The notes under the pieces: model-generated
Databases searched by the model: none
Told to the model about the DNA's origin: nothing
Seen by the model: the letters and a program-made list of their open reading frames with translations, nothing else
DNA from: Tubulanus polymorphus
Taxonomy: Eukaryota > Animalia > Nemertea
Reading direction: 5' to 3'
DNA: 64,000 nucleotides
Assembly (NCBI RefSeq): GCF_964204645.1
Contig: NC_134026.1
Span: forward strand, 18,076,150 to 18,140,149
Position numbers and translations under genes: made by a program
Part shown: positions 1 through 10,866 of the stretch, one piece after another
Layout: the number at the start of each line of letters is the position of its first letter
Position numbering within the stretch: position 1 is the stretch's first letter

Positions 1-236
1 GGTACCCCAGCTATAGTATAGTGTCACTGTTTTTGATTTTCTGGGGGACTTTTTTGAAATTTCCAACTTCACAATTTTTCACTTTGTCCAACACTTCACC
101 GATTCTCCGACACATTTCACCATCATCCTGACACGGCTTGCAGCTGCTATCGTGTATCTCGTCTCGGTTCTTGTCCGACAGCCGCAGGACACAATACCGC
201 CGTGTCGCTATCTCCGCGCTTCCCTATAACATGGTT
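1..236 (+). repeat. Terminal/junction repeat copy 1 (cut by window edge)
   Basis: Near-identical to 61026..61262 (direct; 1-nt indel and 1 substitution seen) and to the reverse complement of the 60614..60932 arm; diverges after ...ATGGTT at 236. Confidence 0.97.
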
Positions 237-297
237 AAGGGTGGTCTAGATACACAGGCACACGCAGTGGTTCTCTATGTTCGGCGGAATGACTTGG

Positions 298-316
298 CTT
301 ATTTCTCCTCTCGTAA
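298..316 (-). repeat. Single hr-like 20-mer unit
   Basis: CTTATTTCTCCTCTCGTAA is the reverse complement of the GTTACRAGAGGAGAAATAAG unit found at five other intergenic sites. Confidence 0.8.
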
Positions 317-379
317 TACAGTGGAAATTCAATCGGATATATAACTGCTACTACATGTTATGAACGCTTATAAATATAA

Positions 380-1115
380 TACTGTTTCGTTCACTCGCAC
401 CTTACGTATGCGACCCTAATTTGGGGAAATGGATCCAATGTTTATATTGACCCTCTATTTCGTTTACAAAAGAAAGCCATTCGTATTATAACCCATTCTC
501 ATTGGTTAGCTCATACATCCCCTATTTTTAGAAAACTAGAAATCCTAAAATTACGTGACATTTATAAATCTCAATTAAGTACTTTTGTATTCTCACAGAT
601 CAATAACAATCTACCTTCTATCTTTGATAATTTTTATAACCTTAGAAACTTCAAACGACCGTCTCGGCACCTTTTAAGTCTAACCGTTGATTTCGCTCGA
701 ACAAATTTCAGAATTAAATCTCCAAAAATCCAGGGTGCTAGAATTTGGAATAGCTTATCCAATAAACAAAAATCTTCAAAATCATCTGTTCACTTCAAAA
801 GCTCTCTAGTTAAAAATTTGATTTCGACCTATTAAATTCTTTATTTCGTGGACGCCATTATTGTACATATATTATATCTTTTTTTTCCATCAATTTTGTG
901 TGTGTCTTGTAACGAATGTAAGTGAGGGTGAATGGCGTGTGCATGCGAGTGTGTTTGTTACTGAGGGGTAAGGACTCGCATAAGTCTACTTTGACTTTTC
1001 CTTACTCCTCGCATAATATATTGTTACTTTTAATAACTTACTATTATGTATATATATATTTCTTGTTACAATTTATTTGCAAAATAAATCTAATCTAATC
1101 TAATCTAATCTAATC
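380..1115 (+). mobile_element. 5'-truncated non-LTR retrotransposon (CR1/L2-group LINE) 3' end
   Basis: Frame 380..835 (not in ORF track) reads YCFVHSHLTYATLIWGN...LFRLQKKAIRIITHSHWLAHTSPIFRKLEILKL...GARIWNSL...FKSSL, a typical LINE ORF2 C-terminus; then 3'UTR and (TAATC)n tail at ~1086..1115. Confidence 0.9.
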
Positions 1116-1267
1116 TTATTGTGAACAATCAAAAACTAAAAATGAACTCGGTATAAGGTACTATATATATGATTGTGTGTTTATTAGAATGAATAAAAAT
1201 TGATTTACAATTAATTATACAAAATTTACAAGTTTCTTTCATTTTCATTTGGGTATGTGTGTTGTTC

Positions 1268-3943
1268 TTAGAGTAGTTCATCGTCTTCGTCGTAAAAATC
1301 ACTATCCTCGTCTTCGCTGTCACTATAACTGTTGTGGTCTTTTTTGCGGCGTTTTTGGAGTTTTGTTTTTTCATCAGCATTGTCAGCGTCGTCTTCATTG
1401 CTTTCGGATGAGCTTTTGTCGGCGTCTTCAGAATTTGATGATTTATTCTTACGACTATGCCGTTTTTTCAAAGATTTAAATATCAACGTATTTAAACCAC
1501 AAAACTGATAAACGGCTAAAAACATCAAACTCTGAATACAAAATGCAATAAGCGACAAAAACCCGCCGCTAGTAAGACAAGTGATCACCTCCCCTATACC
1601 GCCTGGCAGTGCGTTTAAAATGTCGTGGAAACCTTTCAGTGGCCCTTTGTTAGCGAATGATTTGTCTAAATCCCTAAAGTCCAGAGATCTATTGAGTCCC
1701 TTTTCCATTTCCTTGGCAAACACTTTTACCCTTGCATTGGTTAAGGCGGCTGCCTTTTTCATGTCTATTCCATATTTCTTGATACTGGCTACCACATCTT
1801 GCAACGGCATTGACCATTTGAGTTTGTGAATTTGAATAGGGGTAAGATCGTCGTGAAAAGACGGCCATAGAGCGTTGTTTCCTTGAAGAGTGTTGCCTCC
1901 GATTTCGCTTGGAAGATATTCATAGTCTTTGTTGTCCAAAAAGTTCTGAATTAAAAACGAGTTGATGGGTAAACGAAACGTTATTTCCTTTAACGTATCT
2001 CCGGCAATCGGATCCAATTCACAGCCGCTAAGAACAGACGGTAGGATAAATCCTTTGGTGGCGAGCGAACAGAAACAGGGTATGGACATTATAGAGAACA
2101 CTTTCGGTGGTATGTCTTTGGTATCGGCGTGTGGACAAGTTAAAGTCCATACATCGTTTTCTCTACTGCTTGCGTGTATTAAAAACAAGTTTGACTGGCC
2201 GATTTGCATTGCGTGACCCTCGTGACTGTGACTTGTGTGATAGAAGTCGCATTTTTCGTTAATCAGATCGACTGAATTTTTAAACAGAGCAGTTTCACAA
2301 GTTTGAACGACGGTCGTGTGTTGCATTAACGGCACCATTTGATTACAAATGTACATAGAGCCAACTTTTGAATCTGAAACTCCCTTACAACTCTTGAGAT
2401 ACTTATGCGAGGTGGTCAAGTAATATTCGCCTGAGCCACTTATTGCAATGTAATCAGCTACATTAACAATTCTCGTACTACCAGAGACCAAGGGGTTGTA
2501 GTTATCGGAACCGAACTCTTGATGGGGTTGACGCCTAGCTCGTGCATCGACACCCGTTCGTACGTCTACATCAAATGTGTGGATTCGGTACAAGTTCAAC
2601 ATGCTATCGAGATGTTGTAGCGGCATGGACAGAGAGATGTAGAGAAATTTTGAACTTATCGTATAAGCGATACTGTTGTCTAAAGTGTAGTAGGTGATTG
2701 GATTTTTATGCATGAGTTTAAGCCCGAAGGGTTGAAAAACGCCTTGGCCTAGTTTTTCCGTAACTCTTCGTATTTTATCTTGAATCATCTGGACACTTAT
2801 AATTTCTGGTGGTAATAGTCCGCGTGTGTTCATCGTTATAATACCATGCATCAGCAATTCGAGTTGGTGTTCAATATCGTTACACATCATGCTTGCCTTA
2901 GTGGCCTGTGGGTAAAAATCAAAGTATAATCGCTGGACAATTTTTGTCATAAGAGCAGTTCTAGCATTAACGGTGTCTTCCATAGCCGCGTCCTCTTGAG
3001 CTAGTTTTTGATTTTCAAAGCTGATTTCACCGATTTCTTTTGTAATGGTGCGTGATGCGTCTCGTTGGGTTTTGAATTTGTTGTCCCAATGAATTTCGAC
3101 AGAATGCAACTCGTCACTGTGAGAAAATATAGCATTTCGTGCCGATTCCGCAGCTAGCCTGGTCTCTTCGATGTGTTTGGCCATAGTGTTAACCATATCC
3201 ATGCTGGGTAGACCGAACACGTTTGTGGCAATACTAGTAGTGAGTTTAATACCGGGTAAGTTGTGAACAAAATCCAACACTTTTGCGCCTGTTGATTTTT
3301 TGCCAGAGTTTAACGGGTCAAAGGAGGAATCGTATCCGTCGTCAGTGCCACCACTGTTATCGTCCGCAGCACGTTTCTTACGAACATGTTCGTTTTCATT
3401 TTTTATGGGCAATTCCTCTCTATTCAACGGGTCGTTAATAACGCTGTGTTTACTTGGATCTTTTACGTATTTATCTTTACCGTGCTGCTCTTTTGCTTTA
3501 AAGTCGTTTGTTATAGGCACTGTACCCAAAGCTTTCTCTAACACAGCACCGACCATCACAATCTTATCGTTACATCGTTGATTATGTTGTTTGATAATTT
3601 TGTTAAACAATTCACATTTTAACTTTTTCAGATTGTCCGTATCGCATTTCATAGGCGGAATCATTAACGAGTTGCGTATTTTTAGAGTATCGGGTAATGG
3701 TATAGCAAAAGTGGTCGTGTAAGAAGTCGTTCCTTGACTACCACCTGTAACGAGCTTGCCCATATATTCAAACATCGTACCGTAGTTGGGACGCAACAAG
3801 TGTTTGCCTTGTCCACCGTCTTCGCTACTAGGTTTGGATTTGTCTACATCCTCGTCCTTTAAGTTGACTAGATCCATTTTAACGCCAGATGCTAGAAAAA
3901 AGACAAGTAAAAAAACACAACGCCACATTGACGCCCACTCCAT
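1268..3943 (-). CDS. Envelope glycoprotein, probable class I fusion protein (F/env-like)
   Basis: 891 aa; signal peptide, NYGxxF motif, furin site RKKR-AA near aa 190, heptad-like helical region, Cys-rich ectodomain, C-terminal TM (GGFLSLIAFCIQSLMFLAVYQF) and basic/acidic tail. Confidence 0.75.
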   Translation of the reverse strand: MEWASMWRCVFLLVFFLASGVKMDLVNLKDEDVDKSKPSSEDGGQGKHLLRPNYGTMFEYMGKLVTGGSQGTTSYTTTFAIPLPDTLKIRNSLMIPPMKCDTDNLKKLKCELFNKIIKQHNQRCNDKIVMVGAVLEKALGTVPITNDFKAKEQHGKDKYVKDPSKHSVINDPLNREELPIKNENEHVRKKRAADDNSGGTDDGYDSSFDPLNSGKKSTGAKVLDFVHNLPGIKLTTSIATNVFGLPSMDMVNTMAKHIEETRLAAESARNAIFSHSDELHSVEIHWDNKFKTQRDASRTITKEIGEISFENQKLAQEDAAMEDTVNARTALMTKIVQRLYFDFYPQATKASMMCNDIEHQLELLMHGIITMNTRGLLPPEIISVQMIQDKIRRVTEKLGQGVFQPFGLKLMHKNPITYYTLDNSIAYTISSKFLYISLSMPLQHLDSMLNLYRIHTFDVDVRTGVDARARRQPHQEFGSDNYNPLVSGSTRIVNVADYIAISGSGEYYLTTSHKYLKSCKGVSDSKVGSMYICNQMVPLMQHTTVVQTCETALFKNSVDLINEKCDFYHTSHSHEGHAMQIGQSNLFLIHASSRENDVWTLTCPHADTKDIPPKVFSIMSIPCFCSLATKGFILPSVLSGCELDPIAGDTLKEITFRLPINSFLIQNFLDNKDYEYLPSEIGGNTLQGNNALWPSFHDDLTPIQIHKLKWSMPLQDVVASIKKYGIDMKKAAALTNARVKVFAKEMEKGLNRSLDFRDLDKSFANKGPLKGFHDILNALPGGIGEVITCLTSGGFLSLIAFCIQSLMFLAVYQFCGLNTLIFKSLKKRHSRKNKSSNSEDADKSSSESNEDDADNADEKTKLQKRRKKDHNSYSDSEDEDSDFYDEDDELL

Positions 3944-4053
3944 CTTGTGTCCGCGCGTCGTGGCTAGGTAACGTTTTTTGGTTACGTTTTTGGGTATCGC
4001 GGTTATATATTACCAAGTGTGTCCAAATTTTTCAATCATAATGTTTTAGAAAT

Positions 4054-6384
4054 TTGTGTCTAAAACAACTCCACCCACTCACTTACACCGATGTGACGAT
4101 GAGTTGCTCATATTCTAGTAATAACGTTATAAAAAAGGACAAAATAGAAAAAATTCGTACCCACATTATTGAAAATGTACAAGAATTATATTCAACATTT
4201 CCATGGACCGTACTACCCATTGTATCGGCTCGGAATTGCAGCAAAGATGGAATTAGACGAGTATTGGAACAAGAAATGCGCGATCTATCGTTGACAAGTA
4301 GTTTTGTTAATGACTTTGTTAAAAAGTTTGCCACAAGACAACAACTCTTTACTCCGTTTTCAAAACACATGTTGATTTTGATAGACATTCTATCCACATG
4401 TTCATACGTTCTACGTATAGATTCGTTAAACACAATTTCAGAGTGTTTAATACCCTACTCCCAAGGAACCAACCAATATTCGAATTCAATGCTGACCAAA
4501 TGTGCGCGGTTATTAAGAGAGTTTATGTCGCTAAATACAAATAGTCAAGTCAGTTTGGCCAAGATAGAGACGGCGTTAGAAAAACTCACGCGAATAACCC
4601 AAGATTCAAACTCTACAAATAAAATACTAGTCAAAGTATCTAATTATGCTAAACTACACACAACGATGAGGGGTAAAATCAAGCGGCAGTTGGACATACT
4701 CGTGGTTGACTATTTGACCAAAAGAATGACGTACATTCCCGACGAGACTGAAACAAGACCAGCCTACCCCACATATAACTCTACACCTGTACCCATAAAC
4801 GTAGCTAGAAACGCGGCCATTCACAACTTGTGCTACTACAGAGTCTTTCGTTTGCCTTTACACAAGTTGATATCGATATGTTTGGCCGAGAACAGAATAC
4901 TTTTAAGTGTACTTTCGGAACTTCGACATAGCCATAGTCTGGCCGAATTGGCGCTAAGAGATGATATGATTTCGGCAACTTGTGGTAGAATAAAGCGAAA
5001 ATTGATTGTCATGAATGTTCAAGGCGGCTGCACTTGCACGATTATGTGTAGAGGATGGGGTGTTGACTTTACTAACGCTAATAGCGGAGCTACCGAGCCC
5101 ACCATCGGTACAATATTGGACTCAGTGATTCAAGCGACCAAATCGATCAAAGTTTGTAATCGCTGCGGTCACTCTGTCGATGTGAGGAACAAAAAATGCT
5201 CAAGATCACAACTGAGGATAGAAATTACAAACGTCAAGTGTACGAGTTGTTCACTGGACGGGTGTCCAAGTTTTACCGAAAGCCAACTATACGTCGATGC
5301 GCTAAGTCCACAGTCCTATCAGTACACACACAAGTTTCATTTTACCGACATAGTCAATTTGGTAGAATCGATACAGAGCAAAGACTACTCATCTGGTCCA
5401 GAAATGCGATACACGGGTCAATGTTTCGGCGGTAATAGACTATGCACAAACGAAGTGAGAGGAGTGTTTAAGACTTCCACCAAACTCAACCAAATGTTCA
5501 CTCATGTTACTGATCGGAGCAAGAAAATCGGGTCGATGGTATCGGCTGCAATACTTACCCCTGACAAGGTTGACGAGTTAAACTACGGCGGGGTTAGCAA
5601 CACAACCGACAAGAAATTGGTACACTATCATTTCGCTGAAATGAGTGCGTTCATGTGCACGGATTGTTCTCGTGAAAAGGCAACGTACATGTTGTTTGCC
5701 GATATACCCATAGGTTTAACAAGCACAAGCGGAGGTACCAACAATTCGTTTGCAGATGCTATGGGTGAACAAGACAACGTGGTCCATTCGATATTATTAC
5801 CAGAGACCACAAAAGGTTGTTGTAAGAAAAAACTCTGTGCTAGTACGAAAACAAAGACAAGTGCAGAGGGTAGTACCGACACAAAGTATTGTAATCTCAA
5901 GGAGCAGCAAAAATCATTTGTCAAGTTCACACGTCGTCTAAACAGCGGGAAAATCGGTGGTGAAAAATCAGAAAAATTCCAAAAACCAACTCAAAGTTCC
6001 TGCGACTTGGCCACAGACGATAACGAACGACTTCAGTTCTATTACACAGTCAGTGGCAAATTATTGGATAGAGATCCGAGAGACAATATGACTTGCATAT
6101 CGAAAATGGTCTATTTCATTGAGCAGATCCACAGCAAGTCAGTAAAACAGCACCAAGGGGGAAGCAAAGGTAGCACCATTAATTGTGTAGAGATTGCGTC
6201 GTTGGTTCGACCGTATATGTGCAGGAGTTGCAAAATCAAGTTAATGTGTCCTCACATGACCATAAGATATAGACAATTTTTAGAAACGTACAGCAAATTA
6301 ACACAAGAAACCAAGAAACGAATTGCAGTTACCCATTATAGACAAGTGCTTATTTATTTGGTAGCGCAGAACATAATAATGTGA
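4054..6384 (+). CDS. Cys-rich viral protein, putative multi-zinc-finger
   Basis: 776-aa ORF (likely ATG at 4099); CxC, CNRCGH, CTSCSLDGC, CTDC and CRSC motifs. Confidence 0.6.
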   Translation: MCLKQLHPLTYTDVTMSCSYSSNNVIKKDKIEKIRTHIIENVQELYSTFPWTVLPIVSARNCSKDGIRRVLEQEMRDLSLTSSFVNDFVKKFATRQQLFTPFSKHMLILIDILSTCSYVLRIDSLNTISECLIPYSQGTNQYSNSMLTKCARLLREFMSLNTNSQVSLAKIETALEKLTRITQDSNSTNKILVKVSNYAKLHTTMRGKIKRQLDILVVDYLTKRMTYIPDETETRPAYPTYNSTPVPINVARNAAIHNLCYYRVFRLPLHKLISICLAENRILLSVLSELRHSHSLAELALRDDMISATCGRIKRKLIVMNVQGGCTCTIMCRGWGVDFTNANSGATEPTIGTILDSVIQATKSIKVCNRCGHSVDVRNKKCSRSQLRIEITNVKCTSCSLDGCPSFTESQLYVDALSPQSYQYTHKFHFTDIVNLVESIQSKDYSSGPEMRYTGQCFGGNRLCTNEVRGVFKTSTKLNQMFTHVTDRSKKIGSMVSAAILTPDKVDELNYGGVSNTTDKKLVHYHFAEMSAFMCTDCSREKATYMLFADIPIGLTSTSGGTNNSFADAMGEQDNVVHSILLPETTKGCCKKKLCASTKTKTSAEGSTDTKYCNLKEQQKSFVKFTRRLNSGKIGGEKSEKFQKPTQSSCDLATDDNERLQFYYTVSGKLLDRDPRDNMTCISKMVYFIEQIHSKSVKQHQGGSKGSTINCVEIASLVRPYMCRSCKIKLMCPHMTIRYRQFLETYSKLTQETKKRIAVTHYRQVLIYLVAQNIIM

Positions 6385-6417
6385 CAATTTGCAATGAATA
6401 ATGATAAATGACAATAA

Positions 6418-8076
6418 CTAATTGGCGGCGGTTAATTGCATTGGAGGAAGACAAGTCAGATTTGTGCCATCGAGAGTGCACAGTGCTTGGGTAATGTGAT
6501 CCAAGTTGGCGTTGCTAATATGAACCACGTTGCCCCATTGAGATTTTGGTATGTGAATATCACTGTTCTCTCTCTGTTGTTTATAATAATCGAATAAATG
6601 ATGAGATATATGTCTAATTTGAAGTGTTGTATTTTCTTCACAGTCTTTGGGATGAGGCAGTGTGTGTTTGAGAATTGGAATGAGCAAGTTGTCATACACA
6701 TGTTGTAACGTCACTTGTTCGTGTTTGTTGTTTGCTCCCTGTCCGGCTGCGGTGGCCACTTTATTTCTCAAACACAGTAAATGTTTTTGTTTTTTACACA
6801 TATCGTCCAATGCATCTTTGGGCAACTTATCACTCTTGCCTTTCTTGCTAGTGATTCTAAGCATGCTATTAAGCACAGAGGGGTGTAATGGAGTATTCGG
6901 ATCACAGTCGAGTAGCCAACTACGTTTGAATCGTTCATCTTGTCCATTCATAATTCCCAACACTGCCATCCGGTACATGCAATATTTGTAAATGTTTAAC
7001 TGAATTTCGCCCTTGATCGTAGTAGACACAGAAATGTTCGTGGAAGAGTTATAATCACTTTCGTGAGTTTTTATGTCTTCTATGACCATGGACGAATAAC
7101 CATCATCGAGTGACCCTGACTCTGAATCCGAATCATCCGACTCACACACCCCCATAGAAGCGTAAAATTTATCTAGACTAGATATAAACTCATTTTTCTT
7201 TCTGTCCTTTGTCACGATTTTCACTCGGTCGATACTGCCTCGAAGAACGTACATCTCCGTCATTCGGTCCAGAACGACGTTTGTTCGGGGTAAAGGACAG
7301 ATGAAGGGTAATTCGTACACCTCGCCTTGAAAACACAACATTTTCAACGCGTTGGTAGTCCTTATCATTTGAAGAGCTGCCTTTCGAGCTAGACAATTTA
7401 TTCCCGGTAGTGTATTTACATGAGCTATTGATACCAGGGGTAAATCGTCGTATATATCATTTTCACAATTAGCAATAGTTATTATGGGCATGCCAAGCGT
7501 AGAGTGAATTGTTGTGCCGTGCGTGTGCTTTAAACCTCTATAAGCATTTATAAAAGTCTTAATGTTGACCGGATCTTTGGGTACGAAACGACTTGTGCTT
7601 TTTTTCTGGGTACTTGTGTTGTCATCATCCGGTACATCACCGTCTGTTGAAATAGACCCATCCTGCGCCGCCACTGGTTGTTGATCTGATGATAGAGTAT
7701 CGTCGCCGACCTCATCTTTTTGTTGTGAGACAGCGGATATTTCGGATTCTTCCTTGGCTTCGAGCTCCTCCAATTCTTCTATCATCTTTTTCGAACAACC
7801 GAGACCAACTTTCATTTGACTTTGACCCCTGTTGCGTCGCCAATTTACAAGATGTTTGCCTTTATTACCCAAAGCGGCAGCACACCCAACACATGTTACG
7901 AACAAAAGTTTTTCACGGCCATCATCATCAGTTTGATCACCGTTTTTGGCTGTGGTTTTAGTTTTTTTATTTTTTGAACACTTTTTGGGGGTATTATTCT
8001 CTTCGTCATCTGCCTCACTATTGGAAAATGTTGAAGTTGGTTTCTGACGTTTCGGCATTTTAAAATATAGTAACAC
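6418..8076 (-). CDS. Hypothetical viral protein
   Basis: 552-aa ORF, probable start MPKRQK; basic N-terminus, CxxC, acidic tracts. Confidence 0.7.
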   Translation of the reverse strand: MLLYFKMPKRQKPTSTFSNSEADDEENNTPKKCSKNKKTKTTAKNGDQTDDDGREKLLFVTCVGCAAALGNKGKHLVNWRRNRGQSQMKVGLGCSKKMIEELEELEAKEESEISAVSQQKDEVGDDTLSSDQQPVAAQDGSISTDGDVPDDDNTSTQKKSTSRFVPKDPVNIKTFINAYRGLKHTHGTTIHSTLGMPIITIANCENDIYDDLPLVSIAHVNTLPGINCLARKAALQMIRTTNALKMLCFQGEVYELPFICPLPRTNVVLDRMTEMYVLRGSIDRVKIVTKDRKKNEFISSLDKFYASMGVCESDDSDSESGSLDDGYSSMVIEDIKTHESDYNSSTNISVSTTIKGEIQLNIYKYCMYRMAVLGIMNGQDERFKRSWLLDCDPNTPLHPSVLNSMLRITSKKGKSDKLPKDALDDMCKKQKHLLCLRNKVATAAGQGANNKHEQVTLQHVYDNLLIPILKHTLPHPKDCEENTTLQIRHISHHLFDYYKQQRENSDIHIPKSQWGNVVHISNANLDHITQALCTLDGTNLTCLPPMQLTAAN

Positions 8077-8078
8077 GA

Positions 8079-10574
8079 TTAAAATCCAAATGACATGGGT
8101 ATAGACTTGCGAATTTTACGAATGTCGTCTTTGCTCAATACTTCTTTTTCCTCATTGGAGAAATGACTTCTAGCCGTGGCAGATCGTGTAACCATCACGT
8201 TGGTGTTTGTACGACCACCGAGTACAGAAATTCCCGCGGATGAAGTCCCAGGTACAGGATTGTCTATGTCCATTGGAGAAATAGTATTGTGGTCCTGTTG
8301 ATCACCAGATTTGTCAGCAGACTTGGCAGATTCGTCTTTTTTGTCATTTTTGTTATCCGAACTTGCTGCAACCGCTGATGATTTAGCTGCCGCCTCGGCC
8401 TCCAACTTGGTTTTTTCTTCGGCGTCCGACTTTGCTTTAGCTGCAGCAGTTTCGGCATCTTTTTTCGCCTTTTCTTCAATGGAACGTTGTTTCTGTTCGT
8501 CCTGTGCCTCTTTCTGCTTCTGCATAAATTCGAATATAGATTCAATTTTTTTGCTCAAGTCATTGCTACCACTATCGGTTGTTGATGCCGATGCTGCTGT
8601 AGACTTGGATTCGTCAGTTTCCATTTTCTCATCATTTGAGCTCGGACTAGGGGTAACGTGAGAGACTTTCATCTTTTTATTTTTGTCAGAAGCTTCTGGC
8701 TCTACGGGTACATCAACTTGCTTGTTTTTTCGAAACTTGATGAATTCTTCAAATTCCTTCTTGTATTTTGATTTAACTTTGTGCATGTTTTTAACCTTGG
8801 ATGATTTTTTTGCAGAAGAGCGGGTATCATCGTTGTCACTGTCGCCACTATCACTCTCAGAGGCATTGCCACTATCGTCTTCTGACTCTGACTCGGTATC
8901 GGATTCATCACTCTGTTCATCACGACGTCTCTTGGTAGATTTAGACTTCTTATAACTGCTGCGTTGCTTAGTAGACCCCTTGCTAGCCTTTGACTTGGAT
9001 TTTTTCAATGCAGTCGTCTTTTTTTGAGATGCTTTAGCGAGTTCGTCTTCTTTCTGCTGTTCCTTTAAAACTGCCAATACCTTAGCTTTAAGTTTCTCGT
9101 CCTGATTTCCAGCGGTTGTTGCAACATTGCCCGGATGATGATAGTGTTGTTGAGGCATTTGGGTATTATACGGTCGTTGATATTGAGATTGATTCATCAG
9201 CTGTGAATGATATCCACCACCTTTGCTGTATGGGTGAAATATATCGCCCCAGTCGCCACCACCACGATACATTTGCTGATTTGGCGGAGATGTCGGTTGT
9301 TGGTTTTGTTGAAATCCATAATGATCAGTTTTCAACATCGAGTTATTTGGATAACATCCAAAACCACCACAGTTGGTAGAATAACAGTGATGGCTGTGCT
9401 GCGACGGCGGTGGTGCTTGTGGATTTGACTGGGTTTGATTTGTGTTCATTGTGTTCGTTGCTGATGTCGGCTGTCGTACAACGGCGTTGGTACAAGGATC
9501 GATAGAATAGTGAGTATTTTCTCGTCTGTTTAATAAAGTGACTACAGGCGTACCTTGGTTGGACGATGAGATAATGTTATCCTTTCTCACGTCATCTAAT
9601 ACACTTTTTAGCGCAGTCTTGAATTGCTCGGTGCTTATAGAAGCACATACATCGGCAGCAGTGGTTGACATATTGTTGTCTGAGGGTAATTCTGCGATGG
9701 TTGGCGTGAGTTGGTTCCCACTGTCTTCACTTGTCGATATAGTTTCACAACCAAACAACGGCTGTCCGTAATGTAATCTTTTCGGGGGTATTTTTAACAT
9801 GGACAGATCCTCTCTCATTTTCGTGACGTGATCTACTTTGTAGCTGCCGATGTTGCCAAGAATGCTCACGTACTCATCGGTAGACAAATTCTCGATCGGA
9901 CCGCGGTATACAGATTGTAAATGATCGGGTACGGTTGGAAAATATTTCGCACTTAGCGTAATTGAGCCCGATCGCTTACCGGCCAAACACATGGCCATCG
10001 CCGTCACTTTCGACTCTTCGCCTTTGATATTCGAGAGACTAACACCACCTAGTGAAGACAGTAATTCATTTTCACCTGTAATATCCTTGGACCACGGTAA
10101 CGGATCACCTTCCTCGCGATCAGGGTCGATCTGTCTGGGTAAATTAGTTGAAATGAAATTATCAGACGATGTGTAGGGTTTGAAATTCTCCAAGTTCAAC
10201 AATCTAGACTCGGCCCGTTTTTGATAAGCCCTAATAAAATGAGGATTCGTAACTAAGTATTTAACAAGTATATGTCCTATAATTTTATTATTTTGATCAT
10301 CGCTGTCACTTTCATCAACATCAATATTATCAAACTTTGTGGGTAAGCCGTTTACAAAATCTAAAGAGTACACACTGCCAGTAACCAATGAATCCTTGTG
10401 TTCGACGTTGGTAACAATTTCAGTTTCAGAACTCTGGAACTCTTTTACCATATTCTCCGCGACCAATTTAGATATAACATGATTCTTGTTCTTTTTGGTA
10501 CCGGTTGACGACTTGTTCGTATCATCCTTGGTAACTAACGCGGCAACCGCGACACAATCAAACACTGGATTCAT
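8079..10574 (-). CDS. Herpes-type capsid maturation protease (assemblin) plus scaffold polyprotein
   Basis: TNVEH59KDSLVTGSV resembles NINH..VVG.V; GGVS179LS resembles GLSLS (catalytic Ser); AMCLAGKRSGS resembles ALCxxGRRxGT (oxyanion loop); followed by a long Q/P-rich, basic NLS-like, coiled-coil scaffold region with a hydrophobic C-terminus. Confidence 0.8.
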   Translation of the reverse strand: MNPVFDCVAVAALVTKDDTNKSSTGTKKNKNHVISKLVAENMVKEFQSSETEIVTNVEHKDSLVTGSVYSLDFVNGLPTKFDNIDVDESDSDDQNNKIIGHILVKYLVTNPHFIRAYQKRAESRLLNLENFKPYTSSDNFISTNLPRQIDPDREEGDPLPWSKDITGENELLSSLGGVSLSNIKGEESKVTAMAMCLAGKRSGSITLSAKYFPTVPDHLQSVYRGPIENLSTDEYVSILGNIGSYKVDHVTKMREDLSMLKIPPKRLHYGQPLFGCETISTSEDSGNQLTPTIAELPSDNNMSTTAADVCASISTEQFKTALKSVLDDVRKDNIISSSNQGTPVVTLLNRRENTHYSIDPCTNAVVRQPTSATNTMNTNQTQSNPQAPPPSQHSHHCYSTNCGGFGCYPNNSMLKTDHYGFQQNQQPTSPPNQQMYRGGGDWGDIFHPYSKGGGYHSQLMNQSQYQRPYNTQMPQQHYHHPGNVATTAGNQDEKLKAKVLAVLKEQQKEDELAKASQKKTTALKKSKSKASKGSTKQRSSYKKSKSTKRRRDEQSDESDTESESEDDSGNASESDSGDSDNDDTRSSAKKSSKVKNMHKVKSKYKKEFEEFIKFRKNKQVDVPVEPEASDKNKKMKVSHVTPSPSSNDEKMETDESKSTAASASTTDSGSNDLSKKIESIFEFMQKQKEAQDEQKQRSIEEKAKKDAETAAAKAKSDAEEKTKLEAEAAAKSSAVAASSDNKNDKKDESAKSADKSGDQQDHNTISPMDIDNPVPGTSSAGISVLGGRTNTNVMVTRSATARSHFSNEEKEVLSKDDIRKIRKSIPMSFGF

Positions 10575-10647
10575 TGCTGGATCTTAAAATGTACATAATA
10601 GGCAACTATTTACAATGTTTCGTTTCAAATTCTCAAATCATATTTTT

Positions 10648-10866
10648 CTATATGCCAGTGTATGGACTGTAATGGGTACCAGTCAAGAAAATTTGGCTAA
10701 CAATCGTAACCGTAACAGTAAGTATCGCCATGGTGTTGAGCACAGTCCTGAGCTTTACTTCTCGACTGTACTTGGTAAAAAATCGCTTCTGACCCTTGCA
10801 TCCCGCAAGAAACTCACTCATATGAGTTTCAATGTTATCTGCTGTCATCGACATGGTGATTGACAA
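10648..10866 (-). CDS. Small putative membrane protein
   Basis: 72 aa with hydrophobic stretch VLNTMAILTVTVTIVSQIFL; fills the gap between co-oriented genes. Confidence 0.35.
   Translation of the reverse strand: MSITMSMTADNIETHMSEFLAGCKGQKRFFTKYSREVKLRTVLNTMAILTVTVTIVSQIFLTGTHYSPYTGI

Noticed and set aside
8264-10176. Many short antisense or nested ORFs inside long genes (here and throughout)
   Set aside because: Shadow frames of low-complexity coding sequence, mostly with non-ATG starts.
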